A stretch of 4,894 nucleotides of DNA from a virus (IMGVR_UViG_2713896791_000019), one strand, 5' to 3'. Shown: positions 1-4,894, counted from the first letter of the stretch. The notes: generated from the sequence alone by a model not told the origin. A program made the numbers and translations.

Positions 1-130
1 TCGTCCGGAATGGCGGCGCAAATAAAGACTTTACTCATTTTGTTTTACCTCATTACAGATTTAAGGGTGAACAAATCCCTGCCATTGCTGGCATATAAGA
101 ATGAAATCGGATGTTTATTACGGAACTGTT

Positions 131-322
131 TTAAAGACCTGCCGGGATTTCGTTATTATCCTGGTGAATAACTTTATCGACCGGGTAACAGTTACCGGGA
201 ATTTTCTGTTCGGTTGCTGCAGTTACACACTCCTGCATTGTCCTGTGAACACTGACTGCAATATCAACTGGCTCTCCGGAAACAAGAAAAACTGTCAGAA
301 CAAGTGCAAATGCTGTATTCAT
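131..322 (-). CDS. small hypothetical protein, 63 aa, with hydrophobic signal-peptide/TM-like N-terminus (ORF extends upstream to 376)
   Basis: ATG at 322..320 overlaps the upstream ORF stop as ATGA (minus strand 322..319), with an AAGGA-like purine tract 8 nt upstream. Product begins MNTAFALVLTVFLVSG. Start could instead be 331 or 376. No homolog recognised. Confidence 0.4.
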   Translation of the reverse strand: MNTAFALVLTVFLVSGEPVDIAVSVHRTMQECVTAATEQKIPGNCYPVDKVIHQDNNEIPAGL

Positions 323-507
323 TGCCAGCATCCTTTTTGTATCGGACGTAAACGGGCCAGCATTGAAAGAATGCATATTTTATTTAATAGCTCCCGTTCG
401 TGTTTTCTCTTGTTAATGGCATCTTCAGTAAATACAGGGTTACTGATAGTGACACCAATTTCAAAACAACCTTCAGACGTATTAACGTTTGGTAATAACG
501 TTTCCAT
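319..507 (-). CDS. small hypothetical protein, 62 aa from ATG at 507; N-terminus uncertain because the ORF runs into the N gap
   Basis: Open frame 576..319 on minus strand. Internal ATG at 507..505 is preceded by GAGGA (519..515). Product METLLPNVNTSEGCFEIGVTISNPVFTEDAINKRKHERELLNKICILSMLARLRPIQKGCWQ. No homolog recognised. Confidence 0.4.
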   Translation of the reverse strand: METLLPNVNTSEGCFEIGVTISNPVFTEDAINKRKHERELLNKICILSMLARLRPIQKGCWQ

Positions 508-522
508 TATCGCGTCCTCAAC

Positions 523-572
523 NNNNNNNNNNNNNNNNNNNNNNNNNNNNNNNNNNNNNNNNNNNNNNNNNN
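523..572. other. run of 50 unresolved bases (N); gap or masked segment
   Basis: Literal n characters at 523-572. Confidence 0.97.
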
Positions 573-914
573 CCAAACGTCACCAGAAAATTGATAACAG
601 AGGGCGTTGCAGCGGGGTTGTCACTTAAGCGTATTGTCAACCTGACAACCCGGTGTCCTCAACGGGGAAGGAATAACCCCGCCATACTTACCGCCGCGCC
701 ATTTCGCGGAGTGCCACAACCGGAAGCGCACGTTCGAAGAAATCTAACGACAAGCCTTCTAAGGGAAAGAGCTTCGCCGTACGCTTTCGCGTTATGCCCT
801 GACTTTTCAGGGAAATATCCTTTCAGTAAACTGTCAGTACCGGATTCTTATCCGTGTCCGGCGCACGACCACACGTGACAGCGTGTTGGTCTCCATTTTT
901 AACCCAGAACCTCA
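573..914. other. GC-rich non-coding stretch dense in inverted repeats (possible structured RNA or regulatory leader)
   Basis: No convincing ORF on either strand; the only ORF (489..878 +) is Pro/Arg-rich and junk-like. Inverted repeats: GGGTTGTCA 615-623 with TGACAACCC 643-651; TTGTCA 634-639 with TGACAA 643-648; CGGGG 663-667 with CCCCG 677-681; CCGCG 694-698 with CGCGG 705-709; CCCTGA 797-802 with TCAGGG 807-812; GACCACACG 867-875 with CGTGTTGGTC 882-891. Confidence 0.35.
867..900 (+). terminator. candidate intrinsic-terminator-like hairpin with downstream T-run
   Basis: 9-bp GC-rich stem with one bulged U (867-875 / 882-891), 6-nt loop, then TCCA and TTTTT (896-900). The U-tract is 4 nt from the stem, so it is weak by the canonical rule. 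Confidence 0.25.
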
Positions 915-926
915 ATGGAGGATAAA

Positions 927-1136
927 ATGCCAAACAAAAAAAGAAATCCGCTTATTGAAAAACAGATTGAATGCCTGGTAAATCAACTCAGGCAATCAGG
1001 GTTATTAAAAACTCATTCAGAGTTGAGGCTCACAGAATCAGCATTCGACGATAAATTAAATAATGTCCTTTATAATGGCATTATTGATTTTAATCGTTCT
1101 GTTGGTCGCCGCGGCCCTGCTGGTGTTTCCTTATAA
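927..1136 (+). CDS. small hypothetical protein, 69 aa (ORF opens at 915)
   Basis: GGAGG at 917-921, 5-nt spacer, ATG at 927. AT-rich coding sequence. Stop TAA 1134-1136 abuts the stop of the convergent gene. No homolog recognised. Confidence 0.45.
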   Translation: MPNKKRNPLIEKQIECLVNQLRQSGLLKTHSELRLTESAFDDKLNNVLYNGIIDFNRSVGRRGPAGVSL

Positions 1137-1787
1137 TTACCAGTCAATCCAGAGTGGACCGTGTTCAGCGTAAATATAACTGTACACATCCAGATTATAT
1201 TTGTGGTCTGTTAAGAACAGGCCGCAAATACATGCCGAAGCTTCCAGTGCAGCGGCTCTGTTACTGAATAACCATGTAGCAACATTCCAGCGTTTTTCTG
1301 CATCCCAGTCTTTATCAAGGCCTGATACCATGAAGAAACCGTTAGTGTTGCCATCAAATAATTCTGTTTCCAAATTTTTAAGCAATGCCTGATGGACTCT
1401 TGCCAGGTATTCCACCGGAATTTCGCCACGAATTCTGATGAGATTGTCATAAACAAACATGTTCCCCGCATATGGCGATTTTTCTTTCTTGTTTTTTAAA
1501 CCAGCATCATGAGCAAACTGATCAATTTCTTCTTCCGTTGGTTTCGTATTGATGTTTTGCGCTGTCGTTTCTGCAATTTTATTTGCCACACTCTCTGAGT
1601 CGTGTTTATTTATAGACGCACAGAAATACAATCCGGTAAACGCATCGCGCACATTACGAGCCATATTATCAGTGTCTTTTTTCGTTACCGATTCCAATTC
1701 AAGTTCGTTCAGACGATGACGAAGTGTGTGTGCTGCAATCTCCTGGATTGAAGGAGGTAAATCTTTAAATTCCATCGTCAACCTCAT
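1137..1787 (-). CDS. hypothetical protein, 216 aa, no recognisable domain; candidate prophage accessory gene
   Basis: Long clean ORF with protein-like composition. ATG at 1787..1785 overlaps the upstream ORF stop (TGATG). Alternative start at 1775 has GAGG 6 nt upstream. No P-loop, HEPN or TM motifs seen by eye. Confidence 0.65.
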   Translation of the reverse strand: MRLTMEFKDLPPSIQEIAAHTLRHRLNELELESVTKKDTDNMARNVRDAFTGLYFCASINKHDSESVANKIAETTAQNINTKPTEEEIDQFAHDAGLKNKKEKSPYAGNMFVYDNLIRIRGEIPVEYLARVHQALLKNLETELFDGNTNGFFMVSGLDKDWDAEKRWNVATWLFSNRAAALEASACICGLFLTDHKYNLDVYSYIYAEHGPLWIDW

Positions 1788-1939
1788 CAGTCGGAGTTTC
1801 TTGCTAACCAGCGATGCGCGCCAGCTTCGGTTTTAAACGTTTTACTTTTGGTATACGTCATCGCGGTAAACGTACCGTCCTGGTTGGGAAACACGCCACA
1901 TACCAGAGATTCGCTGTTGCCAAGATCGATAGTATCCAT
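1787..1939 (-). CDS. small hypothetical protein, at least 50 aa; frame stays open across the N gap to an ATG at 2032
   Basis: ATG at 1939..1937 preceded by GAGG (1948..1945, 5-nt spacer). Stop TGA 1789..1787 overlaps the start of the 216-aa gene. A longer version from 2032 would require the 50-N gap to preserve frame. Confidence 0.4.
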   Translation of the reverse strand: MDTIDLGNSESLVCGVFPNQDGTFTAMTYTKSKTFKTEAGAHRWLARNSD

Positions 1940-1951
1940 GCTGACCTCATT

Positions 1952-2001
1952 NNNNNNNNNNNNNNNNNNNNNNNNNNNNNNNNNNNNNNNNNNNNNNNNN
2001 N
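1952..2001. other. run of 50 unresolved bases (N); gap or masked segment
   Basis: Literal n characters at 1952-2001. Confidence 0.97.
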
Positions 2002-2130
2002 CATAGTTATTAAAGTTGAACCCTGCCGTCATGTTCTTACGCCTCGGGCTGGCTACTTAACCCCTGACCACTGCCTGGTAACTCGAAGTATTGCCCTGCA
2101 TTCTGTGGGGTGGGGAGAGGGAATGAATGA

Positions 2131-2159
2131 AGTTTAGAAAAATGAACTTTTCAGGTCAA
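2131..2159 (-). promoter_or_regulatory. candidate leftward sigma70 promoter (PL-like)
   Basis: On minus strand: -35 TTGACC (2159..2154), 17-bp spacer, -10 TAAACT (2136..2131). Lies directly next to the operator-like palindrome. Confidence 0.3.
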
Positions 2160-2177
2160 TGTTTTTTTATCAAAACA
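2160..2177. promoter_or_regulatory. operator-like palindrome TGTTTT-N6-AAAACA, distal copy (candidate OL)
   Basis: TGTTTTtttatcAAAACA has perfect 6-bp inverted arms, identical to the arms of the palindrome at 2882-2899. Confidence 0.5.
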
Positions 2178-2243
2178 TTTTAAGCAGGCAGCTGTTAAGC
2201 CATCACCACGATGGCATACAGTTAATCAAATAGATGAGGTCGG

Positions 2244-2882
2244 TTAAATATCTTGTTGAATTTTAAAGCATACGCCCAATATGCAAGATAGATCATCCAG
2301 CATAATTGAAGGGTAGCGAGGATTCGTGGGGACTAAAAGAATATCCGGCCCTTCTATCTCCAGTTTACGAATGACAGGTGTTGTGGTCCCTTTGGGTAAG
2401 GCAAGGACAATATTTCCTGGTTGTACGGTTCGATTGGGATCAACAAAAACTGTTGAACCATTTGGGATGGAAACTCCCCCACCAGATGTTGACATACTGT
2501 CACTCTCTAGAACAACTGCAAAGGTATTGGCCGGGATTTCTCCGACAAGCTGCACACAAGAGGTTATTGAGGAATTTTTCATATAATCACTCCAGCTTGC
2601 TGCCTGCTGAAGTGATAGTAGCGGAACCGTTTTTATCGGCGGTAAAGATAGATCAAGCGAATCACCTGTATTTAACTCTCCTCCATTAAGAAGCCAATTT
2701 TCGTTTACTTTCAATATTTTTGCCAGTGAACTTATGTAACGCGAGGACGGCGCTCCTCCACCGTTTATCCATTGACTTACGGAGCCTTTTGATGCGCCAG
2801 TGGCATTGACAAGGTCTTTGCCTTTCAGGTTTAGCGCATGCATACGTTGGGTTATGCGTTCAGATATTGTTTGCTTGCTCAT
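2244..2882 (-). CDS. cI: CI-like prophage repressor (N-terminal XRE-type HTH, C-terminal S24 LexA-like autopeptidase)
   Basis: 212 aa. LAKILKV is identical to lambda CI. C-terminal motifs align with lambda CI: SDSM (Ser129) to GNSM, VFVDPNRTVQPGNIV to LILVDPEQAVEPGDFC, VIRKL (Lys173) to FKKL, and NPRYPSIM to NPQYPMIP. Divergent from a Cro-like gene. Confidence 0.93.
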   Translation of the reverse strand: MSKQTISERITQRMHALNLKGKDLVNATGASKGSVSQWINGGGAPSSRYISSLAKILKVNENWLLNGGELNTGDSLDLSLPPIKTVPLLSLQQAASWSDYMKNSSITSCVQLVGEIPANTFAVVLESDSMSTSGGGVSIPNGSTVFVDPNRTVQPGNIVLALPKGTTTPVIRKLEIEGPDILLVPTNPRYPSIMLDDLSCILGVCFKIQQDI

Positions 2883-2899
2883 GTTTTGATTTTAAAACA
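2882..2899. promoter_or_regulatory. operator-like palindrome TGTTTT-N6-AAAACA overlapping the cI start and a PRM-like -10
   Basis: TGTTTTgattttAAAACA. A -10-like TAAAAT (minus strand 2894..2889) ends 6 nt before the cI ATG, and no Shine-Dalgarno precedes cI. Confidence 0.55.
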
Positions 2900-2973
2900 C
2901 AGATGGTTTTGTTTCTTGACTTTCTTTGGTTTTGATTATTAAACTTTTGGCGTTCAGTTTTATGGAGCGACTC
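2900..2973 (+). promoter_or_regulatory. candidate rightward promoter (PR-like) with a degenerate second operator
   Basis: -35 TTGACT at 2916-2921. Weak -10 candidates lie at 2937-2944 (TATTAA with 15-bp spacer). Degenerate palindrome GGTTTTgattatTAAACT at 2928-2945 matches 9 of 12 arm positions. GGAG at 2964-2967 serves the ATG at 2974. Confidence 0.4.
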
Positions 2974-3216
2974 ATGAAAAAATCAGAAGTATTAGGCTAT
3001 TTTGGCGGAGTTGTTAAAACAGCCGCAGCTCTAGGAACGTCAAAAACCACAGTCAGCATGTGGGGGGAAGAGGTTCCGTGGAAATGGGCGTTGCTAATTC
3101 AGGCAGTCACTGCCGGGGCGCTCAAATATGAGTTACACATACCGACGGTTGTCATTCCCGGTTCTGATCATAATCCGCCTTCTAACCAAGGGGGGATTCA
3201 TGAAAATCAAGCATGA
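2974..3216 (+). CDS. ydaS: Cro-like HTH regulator of the YdaS family, 80 aa
   Basis: GGAG 6 nt upstream of ATG 2974; the ORF opens at a TTG at 2926 but that start lacks an RBS. Product MKKSEVLGYFGGVVKTAAALGTSKTTVSMWGEEVPWKWALLIQAVTAG fits the recalled YdaS/Cro-like HTH pattern. Divergent from the repressor and followed by a ydaT-like gene. Confidence 0.75.
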   Translation: MKKSEVLGYFGGVVKTAAALGTSKTTVSMWGEEVPWKWALLIQAVTAGALKYELHIPTVVIPGSDHNPPSNQGGIHENQA

Positions 3217-3625
3217 ACACATCCGCATGGCGATGAATGCCTGGGCGCGTCCTGATGGCGAAAAAGTTCCGGCAGCTGGAATAACCCAGGCTTATTTTGA
3301 GTTGGGTATGACGTTTCCTGAACTGTATGACGACAGCCATCCGGAAGCCCTGGCTCGCAATACCCAGAAAATTTTCCGCTGGGTAGAGAAAGACACCCCT
3401 GATGCAGTTGAAAAAATTCAGGCGTTGTTACCAGCGATCGAAAAGGCAATGCCACCTTTGCTGGTGGCCAGAATGCGCAGCCACAGTTCAGCTTATTTTC
3501 GGGAGCTGGTGGAGACGCGGGAGCGACTGGTGAGAGACGCTGATGATTTTGTCGCAGTGGCAATCGCCGGTTTCAATCAGATGAACCGTGGTGGCCCGGC
3601 AGGAAATGCTGTGGCAGTACATTGA
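3200..3625 (+). CDS. ydaT: YdaT-like regulatory protein (recalled 'toxin YdaT' family), 141 aa
   Basis: GGGGGG at 3190-3195, then ATG at 3200. N-terminus MKIKHEHI matches what I recall of YdaT-family proteins. Overlaps the Cro-like gene by 17 nt. The longer ORF from 3128 has no RBS. Confidence 0.7.
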   Translation: MKIKHEHIRMAMNAWARPDGEKVPAAGITQAYFELGMTFPELYDDSHPEALARNTQKIFRWVEKDTPDAVEKIQALLPAIEKAMPPLLVARMRSHSSAYFRELVETRERLVRDADDFVAVAIAGFNQMNRGGPAGNAVAVH

Positions 3626-3696
3626 CTGACAATAGCCGTATCGAATCGCTTCCGGCAACTCGTGAGTAAAAAGATTCGGTATCAGAAGAGGTGAGT

Positions 3697-4779
3697 ATGG
3701 CTAACGCCTGGCTCAGATTATGGCATGACATGCCAAATGACCCTAAGTGGCGAACAATTGCCAGGGTGTCAGGGCAGCCAATTGCAACAGTGATGGCAGT
3801 GTATATCCACCTCCTGGTGAGCGCGTCACGAAATGTCACGCGAGGTCACATTGATGTCACGACAGAAGATTTGGCAAGTGCGCTCGACGTGACAGAAGAG
3901 GTAATTGATTCAATTTTGCAGACGATGCAGGGGCGGGTACTTGATGGTGATTTAATCACTGGATGGGAAAAACGCCAGGTGCTTAAAGAGGACAACGGCA
4001 ATATTTCGCAAACCGCAAAATCTCCTGCAGAGCGCAAGAGGGCGCAGCGAGAGAGGGAAAGAAAGCGGGAACAAAATGGCGATTGTCACGGCGCGTCACG
4101 AAATGTCACGCACATGTCACGACGAGTCACGACAGATAAAGATACAGATAAAGATACAGATAAAGATACAGATCAAGAAGATCAAAACACTATGGTCCAT
4201 GGCGTAAAAAACGCCACGAACCAGGCAGGGGATGTTCAGACCGTCAATCCTGGTCAGCCAGCAGGCACGACACCGGAAGCCGATTCAGCGTATGCGCTGA
4301 AAGCCGATTCGGGCGCTGTGCAGCAGGTGATGACCGCAGGGTCGGAGCAATCACACCAACTGCAGCAGCCTGAAGCCGATTCCGCCATTCAGCGGGAAGC
4401 CGATCGGGTAGTCCCGGAAAGCACCGGGCAGTCTGTGGGACGAGTGGATTATCCGGATGTGTTCGAACAGGTCTGGCGGGAATACCCGTTGCGTGCTGGG
4501 GCAAACCCGAAGAAATCCGCTTTCAGTGCCTGGAAGGCCAGATTGCGCGAGGGGGTGCCACCAGAGACCATGCTGGATGGTGTGAGGCGTTACGCGAGAT
4601 ACCTGGCGGCGACCGGGAAAGCGGGAACGGAATTTGTTCAGCGAGCGACGACGTTTTTTGGGCCGGACCGGAATTTTGAAAACCCCTGGTTGCTCCCGGT
4701 AAGCGGCACGAACAACCAGCGTTGTGTGAATCATATTTCTGAACCGGATACCGAAATTCCGCCGGGATTCAGGGGGTGA
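3697..4779 (+). CDS. phage replication initiator / replisome organizer (functional analogue of lambda O), 360 aa
   Basis: AAGAGG at 3686-3691, then ATG at 3697 (the ORF opens at GTG 3691). N-terminus ANAWLRLWHDMPNDPKWRTIA fits the recalled replisome-organizer N-terminal pattern (W-x-R/K-L, DPK). It sits between the regulators and a helicase-loader gene and contains iteron-like repeats. Confidence 0.85.
   Translation: MANAWLRLWHDMPNDPKWRTIARVSGQPIATVMAVYIHLLVSASRNVTRGHIDVTTEDLASALDVTEEVIDSILQTMQGRVLDGDLITGWEKRQVLKEDNGNISQTAKSPAERKRAQRERERKREQNGDCHGASRNVTHMSRRVTTDKDTDKDTDKDTDQEDQNTMVHGVKNATNQAGDVQTVNPGQPAGTTPEADSAYALKADSGAVQQVMTAGSEQSHQLQQPEADSAIQREADRVVPESTGQSVGRVDYPDVFEQVWREYPLRAGANPKKSAFSAWKARLREGVPPETMLDGVRRYARYLAATGKAGTEFVQRATTFFGPDRNFENPWLLPVSGTNNQRCVNHISEPDTEIPPGFRG
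3825..3861. repeat. iteron-like array 1: four GTCACG/GTCACA repeats at 10-11 bp spacing
   Basis: GTCACG at 3825, 3835 and 3856, GTCACA at 3845. An inverted copy CGTGAC lies at 3888-3893. GACAGAAGA is repeated at 3861-3869 and 3891-3899. Confidence 0.6.
4085..4131. repeat. iteron-like array 2: five GTCACG repeats at 10-11 bp spacing
   Basis: GTCACG at 4085, 4095, 4105, 4116 and 4126. The 21-bp block GCGCGTCACGAAATGTCACGC at 4091-4111 is identical to 3821-3841. Confidence 0.7.
4132..4173. repeat. 12-bp tandem repeat ACAGATAAAGAT, 3.5 copies, A-rich
   Basis: Exact copies at 4132-4143, 4144-4155 and 4156-4167, with a partial copy to 4173. In frame they encode TDKDTDKDTDKD. Confidence 0.85.
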
Positions 4780-4785
4780 TGTGGC

Positions 4786-4894
4786 ATGAAAAACATTGCG
4801 GCAGCCGGGGTTCTTGAACGTATTCGCAGACTTGCACCACAGGCGTCGGTTCCACCGTACCGGACGGTGGAGGAGTGGCGGGAATGGCAACTTG
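4786..4894 (+). CDS. DnaC-like replicative helicase loader, 5' partial (runs off the window)
   Basis: G-run at 4772-4776, then ATG at 4786. Product MKNIAAAGVLERIRRLAPQASVPPYRTVEEWREWQL aligns with the E. coli DnaC N-terminus (MKN..., P..xxP.F/Y-K/R-T-x-EE-xxx-WQ). Immediately follows the initiator gene. Confidence 0.7.
   Translation, partial: MKNIAAAGVLERIRRLAPQASVPPYRTVEEWREWQL

Noticed and set aside
101-628. 175-aa ORF on + strand
   Set aside because: Cys-rich, low-complexity translation, spans the N gap, and is antisense to two better-supported small ORFs with RBSs; no RBS of its own.
760-812. Lambda-like nut site (boxA/boxB)
   Set aside because: On the minus strand a boxB-like hairpin and a GCTCTTT boxA-like motif exist, but in the wrong order (boxB upstream of boxA), with a 4-nt rather than GAAAA-type loop, and no N-like arginine-rich protein is evident.
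841-870. REP/BIME-type extragenic palindrome
   Set aside because: Some resemblance (CTTATCCG, CCGGCG), but it does not match the REP consensus as I recall it, and the surrounding DNA is prophage DNA.
489-878. 129-aa ORF on + strand
   Set aside because: Pro/Arg-rich translation across the GC-rich palindromic region, starting inside the N gap; more likely non-coding structured DNA.
1201-1471. ORFs 1201..1392 (+) and 1211..1471 (-)
   Set aside because: Fully embedded in, or antisense to, the 216-aa ORF; short and without RBS.
1814-2137. 107-aa ORF on + strand
   Set aside because: Arg/Gly-rich antisense translation of the small minus-strand gene; spans the N gap.
2158-2179. AT-rich hairpin AATGTTTT/AAAACATT read as an intrinsic terminator for cI
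   Set aside because: Stem is almost entirely A-U with no proper U-tract on the cI strand; an exact match to the palindrome at the cI start makes a protein-binding operator the better reading.
2326-2689. ORFs 2326..2586 and 2378..2689 on + strand
   Set aside because: Antisense to the well-supported CI-like repressor gene.
2926-2973. TTG start at 2926 for the Cro-like gene, and the 3128 start for the YdaT-like gene
   Set aside because: Neither upstream start has an RBS; the internal ATGs at 2974 and 3200 have well-spaced GGAG and GGGGGG motifs, and the longer N-termini look non-native (MVLIIKLLAFSF, MSYTYRRLSFPVLIIIRLL).
4085-4173. CRISPR array
   Set aside because: Repeats are 6-12 bp, lie inside an ORF and have no unique spacers of CRISPR size; iterons and a tandem repeat fit better.
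3207-4890. Minus-strand ORFs 3207..3563, 3573..3839, 3846..4037, 4244..4504 and 4351..4890
   Set aside because: Antisense to the YdaT-like, initiator and helicase-loader genes; Arg/Pro-rich shadow ORFs typical of GC-rich coding DNA.

Overview
This window looks like the immunity-replication module of a lambdoid, Rac-like enterobacterial prophage. A leftward CI-like repressor (XRE-type HTH plus S24 LexA-like autopeptidase, 2244-2882) is divergent from a Cro-like YdaS-family gene and an overlapping YdaT-like regulator gene. These are followed by a replisome-organizer/initiator gene (3697-4779) that carries helically phased GTCACG repeats and a 12-bp tandem repeat, a candidate origin embedded in the gene as in lambda O. 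The window ends in the 5' end of a DnaC-like helicase-loader gene. Left of the repressor lies AT-rich accessory DNA: a two-gene unit of unknown function directly downstream of cI, a convergent small ORF, a roughly 340-bp GC-rich non-coding stretch dense in inverted repeats, and two more small coupled leftward ORFs. An 18-bp palindrome TGTTTT-N6-AAAACA occurs twice, once over the cI start and once 722 bp away, and is the best operator candidate. Two runs of exactly 50 N (523-572, 1952-2001) limit confidence in two gene starts. All calls rest on reading the sequence and on recalled family features; no database search was run.
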